This document shows, in pieces, positions 1 through 14,640 of a stretch of DNA of 64,000 nt. A model generated the notes under the pieces. It saw nothing but the letters and a program-made list of their open reading frames with translations. It was not told the origin of the DNA and ran no database searches. The position numbers were made by a program, and so were the translations under genes. The DNA comes from Podarcis erhardii. Lineage: Eukaryota. The DNA lies in NCBI GenBank assembly GCA_964252035.1, contig OZ176201.1. One strand, 5' to 3'. Every line of letters starts with the position of its first letter. Within the stretch, counting starts at the first letter, position 1.

Positions 1-359
1 GTTTGAAAGGATTTTACATAAAGCATCAGTTACTAATGAACAGATTAAGAAGTCAGACTGGACTTATTATGCACTCCTATTATACAGAAGTGGATTCTCA
101 GACCCATCATAACATGTCAAAAGATATCCACCCTCCATCCCTCCCCCAAAAGAATCCTATAAAAATTGCTCCAAAGCCCCTTTTGCATTGCAATAGTGCA
201 GCAAACCACAAGTAAACAATTGCCTGTTAACCTGTTATTCCAAATACAGACTGAAAAGGCAACAGGCATTTTGTGCAATTTTAACAAACTTTTAAGTTGA
301 AATATCCCCATCACACAGTGCCGTCCCCCTTCACAGAAGGCAGGGAACTGCTAGGCTCA

Positions 360-602
<243 letters not shown>

Positions 603-2856
603 CTATGGAACAGAAGATTGACAAAAATGAAAGTCATCTTACTTTTAAGCCATTGTTATTTACACATCTCAAGTAGGTCTTTTTTCTGGATAGCGCTCCC
701 TTCTGTTAGCTGAGTAACCTGATCATCCTGTTCTCAGTGAACTCCGTAGCTGACAAATTGCATATTCAGCTGTGCTAATAGCCATAAACACATTTAAATA
801 ATCTAACATTCCTTTGCGAATTCCCCTATTCACTAAAAAGGGCACAAAAGGCTACATGTTCACATACCCCAAATATTACCCTATTGCCTGCTCCAAAGAT
901 CATTTATAGGCATTTCAATTTTGCTCACTCTGAAATAACCATCTTGCTTGAATTTGTGCATTAACCCATTCTACAGGAAATGCAAAAAACCCACAATGTA
1001 GCCTCAAGTCTCCCAAGTAGTGTTCAGATCATTCCATCACTTTATGCACAAATCAATCTGCATTATGTTTCTTGTATAAACAAGGCTTGCTGTTGGAGGA
1101 AGGAAATGCCCATTTCACTACAGGTTAGTCGTGCATAACATGGACAGACACTGAGTCCATACCAGGGTGAGAAATTGGATCTGGCCAACTAGCCAGATCA
1201 TTTCCTTCCCCCTACCCCAGCAGAGCTACCTACCTGATGTCAGGTGACCTGTTCTTCCTGCTACACTGTCTGAAATTGGCCAATCAGTTGACCATCAGTG
1301 CTTGCAAAGCCCTGTGCACAGTGGTGCCCACAGAACTCCTTTTGGCTTAGCTGCATATTTAGCTGCCCCCAACCTCATATACAGAGGCTTCATGCACTAA
1401 ATAAGGAAGCCTGGTAGATCAGAGCTTCCCCACTGCTGGTGTAAGCTGGTGTAAGCCTACTTCATGCACCAAGTTTAGCAAATTCTGGCCTATGCAGCTC
1501 CTCAATAATTCAATTGCCCTATTTATTTCTGCAGTATCATACTTCTATGCTTCCTACACTAGACAACTAATTGCCAATCTCAGTGTTTTTACAGTACCTT
1601 TGAAACAAGTACTGAACAGTTGAACCAAGTACTGAATGGTAAACCTGCAACTTACATGCATTTAAATTGTGCACATTCAGCTTTCACATGTGGCAAAAAA
1701 ACAAACAAAAAATTAAAAAGTGGACAGAGTTCTGGGGAAAATGACTTTGGCAATCCTACCTGCCATTGAACCCACTGGGTTTTGACTATACACAATTTTG
1801 GCTTTAGGCCCAACCCCCAGAACATAACCCCAGCATAAGTTGCAGGCATACTGTACAGTAGAAAGGCAATTGCTAGGCAACTTGTAAGTTCATTTATAGC
1901 TGTATACAGTTCTGTATAATACAATGCAAATGATGTGCACGTGCACCTGTATCTAAAAGCAGACCAATGTTTCTACATCATATAGCTCCATGGCCAAATC
2001 TACCAAACAAGCACACACATTTCAAGTGATTGAAGAATTACACACACCCAAACATAAATACACAAAACCTGCTTAATTTAGGCTCTACGGGCCTGGGATC
2101 AGAAGATAAGTTTCAGCATATTAAACCCTGAGTCATTATGACCACTTGGTATAAGCTTGTCTCATAGTGTTATTTCTGAATAGAAGCCCTGAATACACCA
2201 ACCACAAGATTTTTACATTGAATTCAGGAGCATAGCTGAACACAAAAACTAGTGGTGCCGTACAAAAATGAGCAGCATTTGGAAAATGATAACATTACCA
2301 GCTGCACAGCGAATTACAGATTTCTGAATTGTGTTAATTATATTTAAAATATGAAGTACTAGTTCTGCATGTATGTAACTGCCAGCAAGGGGAACCCCTG
2401 GTTCCATTGTAAGTTGAGTGTTTAAGCTGCTCTACCCTCACTTCAGGATTATCTCATTGAGTTCTACTGCCTAGTAGGAAATAGCTAAAGGGTGAAACCA
2501 AAGAAGACCAAGGACAAAATCAGAAATGTTTGAACAATCTTGGACTATATAGACATCATGTTATTTCTGTTCCTGATGCTACACTTGAATGTGATCACAT
2601 TGTAATAATCTTTTATAAGTCACTATGAGAGCTTCTTAGAGCTTGAAAGCAGGATGTAAGTATTCTAAATCAATTAATGAATATATAGCTCACATCTCTT
2701 ATTTAAACACTCATGGTTTCTGAACCAACTTCAAAGGCAGGATCAAGGTCTTCCTCACAGTAACCAAATCGGAACTGACCATCTGGACATATATCTATTG
2801 CTTAAACACTCCCCATCAGTTGATTAGACACAAATTCCCAAAGCAATACCAGCTCA

Positions 2857-3003
<147 letters not shown>

Positions 3004-3316
3004 TTAAGTTTCATTTCTTGTACCTAGCACACTTTAATAAAAAACAATGTTACAGCTCCTGCACTAATTACCAACAACTAGTTTAACTGCTTTGCAGTGT
3101 TTACATTCTTCTTCAGCTGCCCATTTTAGTAAGGAGTCAGACATTAAACCCAGAAGAGATCAGTATCAAAGGATGTAGTTCAACCTGAATTAACTGAAGA
3201 ATGTTTTTTCACCACTCACCTTACTACTCTGTGAAACCTTGGAAGGAAATACCTTTAACAATTAATCACCTCTTGAAATTACTATCCTGGTCCTTCCCAG
3301 ACTGAGGATCTCAGTA

Positions 3317-3526
3317 CAGTGGATGCTCGGGTTGTGAATGTGATCTGTGCAGGAGGCACGTTCAGAACCCACAGCGTTCGCAACCTGCAGTGCCGTGTCT
3401 GCGTGCGCACGGGTTGTGATTCAGTGCTTCTGCACATAGTGCCAAAACCCGGAAGTAACTCGTTCCAGTACTTCCGGGGTCTGCACGGTGTGCAACCTGA
3501 AGCATCTGTAACCCGAGGTATGACTG
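3317..3526. mobile_element. Tc1/mariner (Tigger/pogo-like) non-autonomous MITE
   Basis: TA on both flanks; imperfect TIRs CAGTGGATGCTCGGGTTG / TAACCCGAGGTATGACTG. Confidence 0.75.
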
Positions 3527-5229
3527 TACAATATTCAAGATTTCTCCAAGCAACAGTCATTTCTAAAAATTAGCCATGGAGTATTCTGAATGACATCCGA
3601 CTATATTAAAGAACGGTTATGTTCTTCAGGTTTATGGCCTTTAACTAGACATCAGTATCTCTCTCTCTCTCTCTCTCTCTCCACACATATATATATGTCA
3701 GCAGTTAAAATCAAGTCAGGTTGTAGGAAGCATCTTCATTCATTCATTCATTCATGGGTATGTTCACTTTGCCTGAAGGGCTTGACCGAATCGTCAACAA
3801 AAGCCCTGTTTTGTCCATTTTGTGGAATCCAGAGTACAGTGACATTTTGGGCCAAAACTGTAGCTTTATGCTCTTTGACGAAATATAAAGCAAATGGTTC
3901 AAAAGTCAACGTGGGTACCTTGATGGGTAGAAATGTCCAAGGATCATTAAACATACATTCCATCTGGCTAGACATTCAGTTTTGGATATTATTTATCCAT
4001 GCTCTTATGGCATTATCCCATGAGATTAGGTTATAGCATTACATGGTACCAATTTGCTAAATAGAGGGAAAGCATATTAACAATTTACAAACCTTTACCT
4101 ATTATTGACACTATCACAAAACTAATATATTGATTAGACTCAAGTCCTTATTCTTTTTATCCCACTGAATTTTCTAACCACACACCAGTGATGACACAAG
4201 ACCTCAGGCAGCTGTTTTTCCTAACTGCTAATAGCATCTATGCAGGATGGCAAGGCACAAAAATACATGGCAGTTGGAAATAGACTTCTGCATTTTTTAT
4301 GAGAAGCCTAACACTATATAACAGAACTGCGCTGACAACTGTGTAGGGTGTACAGTTACAGAATTCAAACCCTAACTAACCCTGGAACATAAACAAAACA
4401 AAACAAATTCCTTCCAGTAGCACCTTAAAGACCAACTAAGTCAGTTCTTGGTATGAGCTTTCGTGTGCATGCACACTTCTTCAGATACAACCTGGAACAT
4501 AAAGTTTGAGTAGCAAAGTGGCTAAACACAATCAGGATTGCATTGCACAAGTGTAAATCATGTGCCCTGTTTAAATCTCACCTCAGCCATGAACTTACTT
4601 AGGTTGCCTTTGGCTAACACTAGCCTTTTAATCTCAGCCCCTCATTTGCAGTACAGGGCTAATACAAAACCTGCTTTACATGGTCGAAAAAGCATACAAC
4701 TAGTCTTAAGGAAATGCAGATTCAAACCCCCCTACTCAGCTCACTGGGCCACTTTGTGCCAGTTGTGTTTCTCTCAGCCTTAACCCACCTCGCAAGGTTG
4801 TTGCAAATGTAAAAAGAGGGTTGGGGCAGGAAAACGACATATCCCATCCTAAGCAAGACTGAGGAACATAGCAGCCAATTCCTAGGGGCTGAGGTCCCTT
4901 TGACCCCCCCCCCAAAAAAAAATATATTTGAGAGGGGACCAACCCCCCGAAATTTTATGGGTACGGTATTTCCATTTAAATAGTGTGCATATGCCACATC
5001 TTGTGATCAGTTATGTGGAGCGGGGCTTACCTCTCCTCCCCAATATTTTATCCACGTTTGGCACCCCTGCTGATGAAGGGTGGGCTATAAACGTAGGAGC
5101 CATTCTAACGCACGGAATCTATGCTGCGACCCTTCAAAAAAAAAAAAAATTCGGAAGCGACTAATACCCCCCTCCTCCCCACACGGACATATTTTTGAGT
5201 AAAGGTGATCAGGATTGCAGGGTCAGCAA

Positions 5230-6420
<1,191 letters not shown>

Positions 6421-6816
6421 AGCAAAATGGGATTTACCTCTGAGTAGACATGTATGGGATTCCACTGCAGATGCGTTTTCATGTGGAATAAGACCGAGGA
6501 GGCAGGAAACACGGGATCGGGCCACGGCAGTGTTTTAAAGCCACAAAATATAATTCAGCAACATTTCCTATACACACACACATACACACATATACATACA
6601 TACATACATACATACATACGCACATACACACCTTTTTTACTTGGGCCAACATGTCTGCTTTTGATGGAGCTTTGGGCTAGGAAACAATTTAACTTCGCCT
6701 CGCTCCCGTGGTATTTCTGTGCGGATTCTCATTTTGCTGTACTTTCAGCTACACCCAGTCACAGGTTCTGTTAACGAACGAAGTCCGTTTGAAATACGGT
6801 ACATGTCACAGACTGG

Positions 6817-6960
6817 TCAGTGCTTCCCAAACTCCGGGGGGGGGGGTCTCCAGCTGTTTTTGGACTACAATTCCCATCGCCTCCCCCCATCGTTCATCCT
6901 ATTAGCTAGGGATGATGGGAGTTGTAGTCCAAAAAAATCCCAAACAGCTGGAGAGCCTTC
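6817..6960. mobile_element. Short palindromic non-autonomous DNA element (GGGAGTTGTAGTCC family); related copies near 44.2, 49.0, 55.3 and 56.1 kb
   Basis: Internal inverted repeat ggactacaattcccatc / gatgggagttgtagtcc recurs several times in the window. Confidence 0.6.
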
Positions 6961-7209
6961 TTTGGATAGTGGCTGTGGCAGGTTTGCCGCGGAGATTTTC
7001 GACGTCGTGTTTTGCTAATAAAGACTTGAGTAGGTGACACTTAATTAGAGTTGGTGTATGTCACTCTCAGCCTGAACCTCCATTTGAAACGTGATCGAGC
7101 GGAGATGGTTATAAACTCCACTAAAGGCTGCAAGGTGGAGATGTTAACAACAGGCTACATTACATCCTAGGGTCGTACAAATGCACTCTACCCCGCTGCA
7201 ATCTGGGGC

Positions 7210-7264
<55 letters not shown>

Positions 7265-7325
7265 TTTATTATTTATACCCCGTCCATCTGGCTGGGCTTC
7301 CCCAGCCACTCTGGGCGGCTTCCAA
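7210..7325 (-). mobile_element. Extremely 5'-truncated L2 LINE 3' end with (AAT)n tail
   Basis: Near-identical to the 3' end of the L2 at 9007-9100 (taccccgxccatctggctggg...ccactctgggcggcttcc) and preceded by a ~17-unit AAT tract. Confidence 0.85.
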
Positions 7326-8691
7326 AAACATATTACGCCAGGCTACACTGCATTGTTGTCATGAACCACAGTCAGTGTTTAGCTTTATAACGCCGTATTT
7401 ACTTTAAAATACAGTACACACTTTCTGGGAATGTGCCAGTCATGAGATTGTGCGATCATATACATCACAAACAGCGCCCCCATGCAGAAACAAAAGCAAA
7501 TCCCCATTAAGTATGAGTTTATTTGGCAACTTTCATGATTACTTGCTATGTTTCGTACAAATATGCACCTATGGAATATATTTTACGTCACTCATTCTAT
7601 TCCAAGCTTATTATCATTTTATTATTTCGTGGTTTTATTCTTTTAGCTTGAATTTTGGTTTGGCTGGAAATAGAAAAATACACATTTATAGTCTGCTGCA
7701 AAATAAAGCTCCTGATATCAAACTAAGGTAAAGAAAATCCGGTTTTGCATAAGCATTTCCCTTGCCATTTTAAGAAGCACTTTGCTGCCTTGCGATCTCT
7801 TATCATGGCATGATGCGACTCATGTGACTAATGGCCAGGCCAATGCGCAGCTGTTTCAACAAGAGCAGCTTTATTTAACCCCACTTTCAGTTTCAATGGT
7901 TTCTACGGAAAGTCTGCTAGCAGCATCTGGGAAGAGCGATGCCGAGAACATTTGACACAGCTCATCACCGGTTTGTGGAGCTGCAGGATTAGACCTTCAT
8001 TGATCGAGGTACGGGGGTGGGGTAGAGTTTACACAAGCCCTGATGTAGTGAGATCTGATTTAAACAGATTTAAACTAAGCAGTTCTGTCTCTGATCTCGG
8101 CTATAAGGCAACCTGGGAATTAAGAAGCTAAACTTGCTTTCCTTTTCGCCACTGGCAAATGAATGAAAGCGTCGCAAACTTTCGTTTCGTGATTCCGGGG
8201 CGTGGTGTGTTTTGTTTCCGCTTTGCAAGTTGAAAGAACTGCTCCTTCTTGCTAGAAGCTTAAAATTCCCATCATTTAAGTCTAGGAATAATACTACTTT
8301 TGTATGAAAGGAGACAATGACGGTATTGAACAAAGGAAGCTTCCCTTCCACTACATCTCCCTACCAGGAAAAGCTGGATTTTTCTATGTTTTACAGTTAG
8401 ATAATCAACTCACTCCAATCCATTAATTTAAATGGAAGTACGACTCTCTGTTCATGAAAACAACACCCCTGTTTCAGCCCTATTGTACCGATTGATTAAA
8501 CCCTGGCTTTGTTCATTGGTGGAGGAAGAGGTGTGTGGGAGGAGCGCATCGCCCCTGGCAGCGCAATCCTGGCAGGGTGCCATCGCGGGTGTTTCGCTGC
8601 CCGTGCTGGGCGCCGCGCCCCCAGGACACGCCCCGCGCCCCCAGGAGACTGGCTTTGCTAAACTGTAGTTGGAGTGCACATGCCTTTTCAC

Positions 8692-8880
8692 TAGTATGTT
8701 ACCCTCGGGTAACATAAACTTCAGGTTGCAAAAGCGGCAAACCCATAAGTGTTTCTCCGCATGCGCAGAAGCGCTCTACCATGCCACGCGCATGCGCAGA
8801 AGTGATCCCTCCGGTTGCGAAAATCTCGGGATCCGACTGGAGCTCCGGAATGATTCCCATCCGCAACCACTGTACCACTG
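8692..8880. mobile_element. Tigger/pogo-like MITE (diverged subfamily)
   Basis: Right end GTACCACTG+TA, left end degenerate (ttaccctcgggt), internal ttcaggttg motif shared with the other MITEs. Confidence 0.6.
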
Positions 8881-9006
8881 TAATAGGAAGAATTGTGTTC
8901 CTTGTAGTATTTTTTTATGGAAGAAATGTATCTTACAACTATAAATATGACTTTAAGAAATCACAACTAATAAGTCAAAACTAATTTTATTTCCATGTAA
9001 AATGGA

Positions 9007-9039
<33 letters not shown>

Positions 9040-11360
9040 TTATTATTTGTACCCCGCCCATCTGGCTGGGCCTCCCCAGCCACTCTGGGCGGCTTCCATA
9101 AAAACCAGAAATACACTAAAATATCACAGATTAAAAGCTTCCCTGAACAGGGCTGCCTTAAGATGTCTTCTGAATGTCAGGTAGTTATTTATCGCTTTGA
9201 CATCTGATGGGAGGGCGTTCCATAAGGCGGGTGCCACTACCGAGAAGGCCCTCTACCTGGTTCCCTGTAGCTTTGCTTCTCGTAATGAGGGAACCGCCAG
9301 AAGGCTCTCGGCGCTGGACCTCAGCGTCCGGGCAGAACGATGGGGGTGGAGACGCTCCTTCAGGTATACTGGGCCGAGGCCGTTTAGGGCTTTAAAGGTC
9401 AACACCAGCACTTTGAATTGTGCTCGGAAACGTACTGGGAGCCAATGTAGGTCTTTCAAGACCGGTGTTATGTGGTCTCGGCGGCTGCCCCCAGTCACCA
9501 GTCTAGCTGCCGCATTCTGAATTAGTTGTAGTTTCCGAGTCACCTTCAAAGGTAGCCCCACGTAGAGCGCATTGCAGTAGTCCAAGCGGGAGATAACTAG
9601 AGCATGCACCACTCTGGCGAGACAGTCCGCGGGCAGGTAGGGTCTCAGCCTGCGTACCAGGTGGAGTTGGTAGACAGCTGCCCTGGATACAGAATTGACC
9701 TGCGCCTCCATGGACAGCTGTGAGTCCAAAATGACTCCCAGGCTGCGCACCTGGTCCTTCAGGGGCACAGTTACCCCATTCAGGACCAGGGAGTCCTCCA
9801 CACCAGCCCGCCCCCTGTCCCCCCAAAACAGTACTTCTGTCTTGTCAGGATTCAACCTCAATCCATTAGCCGCCATCCATCCTCCAACCGCCTCCAGGCA
9901 CTCACACAGGACCTTCACCGCCTTCACTGGTTCTGATTTGAAAGAGAGGTAGAGCTGGGTATCGTCTGCATATTGATGGACACCCAGTCCAAACCCCCTG
10001 ATGATCTCTCCCAGCGGCTTCATATAGATGTTAAAAAGCATGGGGGAGAGGACGGAACCCTGAGGCACCCCACAAGTGAGGGCCCAGGGGTCTGAACACT
10101 CATCCCCCACCACCACTTTCTGAACACGGCCCAGGAGGAAGGAGCGAAACCACTGTATAACAGTGCCCCCAGCTCCCAGCCCCTCTTAGACGGTCCAGAA
10201 GGATGTTATGGTCGATTGTATCAAAGGCCGCTGAGAGATCCAGCAGAACTAGGAAACAGCTCTCACCTTTGTCCCTAGCTCGCCGGAGATCATCAACCAG
10301 CGCGACCAAGGCAGTTTCAGTCCCATGATGAGGCCTGAATCCCAATTGGAAGGGATCCAAATGGTCCGCATCCTCCAGGCGTGCCTGGAGTTGTTCAGCA
10401 ACCACGCGCTCAATCACCTTGCCCAAGAATGGAAGATTTGAGACTGGGCGATAGTTGGCCATACTGGCTGGGTCTAAAGATGGTTTTTTAAGAAGCGGTT
10501 TGATGACCGCCTCTTTCAGCGGATCTGGGAATGCTCCCTCACAGAGGGAAGCATTCACCACCCCGCAGAGCCCATCGCCCAGCCCTTCCCGGCTTGCTTT
10601 TATTAGCCAGGATGGGCAAGGATCCAGGAGACAGGTGGTTGGTTTCACGCGTCCAAGCAGCCTGTCCACATCCTCGGGGGTAATGGATTGAAATCGATTC
10701 CATGCAACTTGACCAGACAGAGCTCTAGCACTCTCTCGCCCCAGCCCTGCTCCCACGGTGGTGTCTAGCTCCTTCCGAATATGAGTGATTTTATCTGCAA
10801 AAAACTTTGCAAAATCGTTGCAGGAGATCTTGGGGTCTTTACAAAGCCCCGGTGGTAAAGGTGGTTCCGTTAAATTACGAACCACCTGAAAAAGTCTCCT
10901 GCTACTATTTTCTGCAGATGCAATAGAGGCGGTGAAGAAAGTCTTCTTCGCCGTCGCTATCGCCACTTGGTAGGCTCGACGTTGAGCTCTAACCTGTGTC
11001 CGGTCAGATTCGGAGTGAGTTTTTTGCCACCGACGCTCTAGCCGTCTCAGCGATTGTTTCATCGCCCTCAGCTCCGAAGAAAACCACGGAGCTGTCCGGG
11101 CTCCATGCAATCGGAGAGGGCGCTTCGGAGCCAGACAGTCGATAGCCCTGGTTAACTCCGCATTCCAGCGGGCCACCAGGGAATCAGCTGAAAGGCCATC
11201 AACATGGGATAAGGCATCCCCTACCACTCTCTGGAAACCATTTGGATCCATTAAGTGGCGGGGGCGGACCATCCAAATTGGTCCCACCTCCCTGCAGAGG
11301 GGAAGGGTCGCGGAGAAGTCCAGTTGCACCAGGAAGTGATCTGACCATGGCACTTCTGCT
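9007..11360 (-). mobile_element. L2-clade LINE, 5'-truncated (end of endonuclease, RT and 3' UTR), one frameshift and one premature stop
   Basis: ORFs 10100-11353 and 9253-10116 carry DHFLV, YRPVSNLPFLGK, LVLLDLSAAFDTIDH, GVPQGSVLSP and YADD. A 1-nt insertion near 10186 splits the frame; TAG at 9253-9255 lies 43 codons before an in-frame TGA at 9124-9126. Confidence 0.93.
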
Positions 11361-11677
11361 AATAATAATAATAATTACAACTCACAATTTTCCCAGATCA
11401 GGACTCAAGGTGACTTACAGATAAAATAGAAAACCCAAAACATAGTCATTAAAAAGTAATTAAACCCTAATTGAATTAAAACAATATAAGAAGATCTATT
11501 AAAAATACAGAAATGAAACTGGTAGCAGATGGGACACACAAAATACAGGCCTCACTTTACTATGCACCTGGTATAAGGTTCCATTAGAATTGTTCCTACA
11601 CTCACTCCTTTCCTCATGAAGGGATGTAGGAAAGTTTACCAATCCATGCTGTCTTATTTTCCTCTGCAGGCAGAAAA

Positions 11678-13109
11678 ATGGCAGGTATCACTTCAGGAGT
11701 AGAAACTTGCCCCTTCTGCAAAAAGCCATTTAAACGGCTCAAGTCTCACCTGCCTCACTGTAAGATGGCGGGAGATACAGACTCAAGGAATGTTTTGCCT
11801 CCCAGCAAGAAAGCTGGGAAAAAGAAAGAGCAGATCAAAAGCACAGAAACTACCTCCAAAAAAGAAAATAAGAAAAACAAAGCAAAAGCAACAACACATT
11901 CCTTGCAACCACAGGAAATACCTGGATCAGCAGGATGCAGCCATCAGCATTCAGTTGAGGATGCACAAAAGCAAATCAAGTGTGCTACTGAAAAAGCACA
12001 CAAAACTGAAGGCACAAATCAAGGAGCCTCAGAAGATGTCCGAACACAATCAGCTGAAAAGGTGTTTTCAGCAACGAAGCTTGCAAAAAAGTCACCCACA
12101 GAACAGAAAAACAGAAGTAAACCTACCCCTAACGAGGAGGAATCTGCATCCAGTCTCACTTTAAAGCCACTGAATCAGAATGGAAAATCAACTTCAGAAT
12201 CTCCTAGTGGAGCTAGCCGGACAACTAATCCTTCTACAAAACAAAGGCAAAGGAAAGAAGCATCTGCAAAGCCAGATTCTTTCACTGATAATTTACAACC
12301 TATTCCTCAGAGATTTATTGATACTGTAGAGCTAGTGATAGAAAACCATCGTGTGAGGATATTGAGGAACAAGTGTGAATCATCTGTTCAGAATATTCCT
12401 TTAAATAAAGGTGTTGTGGGCAACCAGAAGGCAGGGTGCTGGCCTGCGAAACCACCATCTGGATTTGCAGAGATTGCCTTGGCTGATGTGCAGCAAAGTA
12501 TTACAGAACCTGTGGGTGGAAAGAGCGCTTCAGGTCTTGAACTTTCAGGGAATATTGGGAGTGGAGAGACAAAAAAGAATGTGACTACAATTAAAGCACA
12601 CACTTCCGATGGCCGTTTTATGGACAACTGCAGACAAGTCTCCAACACTCCTGTTCAGCTGGCTGCAGGAATAAAAAGCACGATTGAAGAAAATCCTGTA
12701 TGTTTCAAAGGGGAGGGCTATTGGAAAGAATCTCCAGTTTATATCAGTTTCAACTCAAAGATCTATCCCTCATTAACAGAAGCCCTCAGAGAAAGATATA
12801 ATGAAACCTCTAACTACTACTTAACTAGTCTGGGAAAAGAGATTGCTTTGCGTTCTGTTGTGACTATAGGAGATAAAGGCACAGGGATATATGTGAATCA
12901 ATCATCACTCCAAACGTTAGAAATGCCTACTGCCTATTGGCCCACACCCCCTGATAGAAGCATACGCCCAAGTCCTTTGGGACTGGAGTGGTTTCCAGAA
13001 CTGTATCCTAATTATCGTGGGCTAGGTTTATTTTCAAAGAGGCCATCTCAGTGGGCTACAATCATCCCGGAAGCTAAAGTACTCAGTCTCCCTTGGCAAG
13101 GCCAGCAAG
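11678..13109 (+). CDS. C17orf80: C17orf80/MTNAP1 (mitochondrial nucleoid-associated protein) large coding exon
   Basis: N-terminal CPFCKKPFKRLKSHLPHCKM and late LGLEWFPELYP motifs match recalled C17orf80. Acceptor cctctgcag at 11668-11669, donor CAAG|gtaaaa at 13110 (phase 1). Synteny with FAM104A and CDC42EP4. Confidence 0.93.
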
Positions 13110-13236
13110 GTAAAAGGGGAAGTTTTTCACTATTGATTTCTAAGAGAGAACAGTTCACGCTGCTACCCAGTGGGCTGGTTTGTTGAAGTGGTGATTGAGT
13201 CACTGTCTGAAGGCTACTCTCAGGCTGTATACACTA

Positions 13237-13478
13237 CAGTGGTACCTCGGGTTACAGATGCTTCAGGTTACAGATGCTTCAGGTTACAGACTCCGCTAAC
13301 CCAGAAATAGTACCTCGGGTTAAGAACTTTGCTTCAGAATGAGAACAGAAATTGCACAGCAGCAGTGTGGTGGCAGCAGGAAGCCCCATTAGCTAAAGTG
13401 GTGCTTCAGGTTAAGAACAGTTTCAGGTTAAGAACGGACCTCCAGAACAAATTAAGTTCTTAACCCGAGGTACCACTG
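13237..13478 (+). mobile_element. Tigger/pogo-like MITE (CAGTGGTACCTCGGGTT family)
   Basis: TA TSD; TIRs CAGTGGTACCTCGGGTTA / TAACCCGAGGTACCACTG. Confidence 0.92.
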
Positions 13479-14109
13479 TACAGAAGTACCCTATATCAGT
13501 TTCATACAGGTTTACCAGTTACACCTTCCCTGAAGAATACCTGGGAGCTGTGGTTTCCTGAGGGTTCTTCTGAGAATGTTAGATGTTCCTACACCCTTTC
13601 AGAGAGCTATGGCTTCTGGGACCCCTGCAGAAAGGAAATGGCTATTAAGCCAATTTTTATATAATGTAGAAAGTTGTGTCTTGCAAGCTGTAGTTTTGCC
13701 CTCACACATGCCCTCCAGTTAATTTATAGCAGCATGCATGAGGGTGCCGGCATATTCTCAGGTTGCTTTGGATATGTGGTCATGCTGGCTTTTTTTATTC
13801 CAAAGGTTCTAAAAATCATTTCAGATGTTTAGCAAAGGTGGTGGCAGTTTGGGATAGGCTGCGGGGAGCTGTGTGAACAACGTGACCTTAGTATTGGGAA
13901 TGTATCTTGGTTCCCCGGTGCAAGAAACCTGCAACGAAGAGCTAAAAATTTATTCCAGGGAATCAGCTTCTTCTGTCTGTTTATTATTTCAATGGGTGTT
14001 TTTTTGTTTCGGTTTCAGAAGTGTATATAATAGGGAAGTAATTCCTCAAGTAATCTATAGGTAGGGTAACACTATAGAATAACATGGCTACACTTCTAGA
14101 TATTGTTAC

Positions 14110-14221
14110 CAGTGTTATTTTCTAGAAAAAGAGGTACCGGAACTCACCACGAACTCCTCCCTTGTTCTCTTATAATGGCAATGGCGCCCATGTGAGAAGT
14201 TCCAGCTGAAAATAAGCTCTG
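14110..14221. mobile_element. Short hAT-type MITE
   Basis: Imperfect TIRs CAGTGTTATTTT / AAATAAGCTCTG with 7/8 matching flanks attgttac / aatgttac. Confidence 0.6.
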
Positions 14222-14330
14222 AATGTTACTATAGATTGAGTTCAGGCTCTATAGGCTAAGCTGGAACCAGAACACCTTAGATTTTACCTTGAAGCTGGTT
14301 TGCATAAATCCATCCTTCTCCAGGGAACAC

Positions 14331-14640
14331 GGACATGGGTGGCGCTGTGGGTTAAACCACAGAGCCTAGGACTTGCCGATCAGAAGGTTGGCGGTTCAAA
14401 TCCCCGCGACTGGGTGAGCTCCCATTGCTCGGTCCCTGCTCCTGCCAACCTAGCAGTTCAAAAGCACGTCAAAGTGCAAGTAGATAAATAGGTACCGCTC
14501 CAGTGGGAAGGTAAACGGTGTTTCCGTGCGCTGCTGTGGTTCGCCAGAAGCGGCTTAGTCATGCTGGCCACATGACCCGGAAGCTGTACGCCGGCTCCCT
14601 CGGCCAGTAAAGCAAGATGAGTGCCGCAACCCCAGAGTCT
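14331..14640 (+). mobile_element. Sauria SINE (3' end missing)
   Basis: Characteristic ggtggcgctgtgggttaaaccacagagcctaggacttgccgatcagaagg head and tagataaataggtacc body, shared with five other copies in the window. Confidence 0.9.

Noticed and set aside
3282-3573. Cys-rich ORFs (e.g. QCRVCVRTGC) in FAM104A intron 1
   Set aside because: They overlap a TA-flanked MITE and are chance frames.
7181-7390. Poly-Ile ORF (also 9002-9184, and poly-Asn/Thr at 40063-40327)
   Set aside because: Translations of microsatellites.
9197-11424. Plus-strand ORFs over the L2
   Set aside because: Antisense shadows of the RT ORF.
13110-13186. Last 26 codons of the 502-aa ORF (KRGSFSLL...GLVC)
   Set aside because: Read-through into the intron past the CAAG|gtaaaa donor; the conserved protein continues at 15038.
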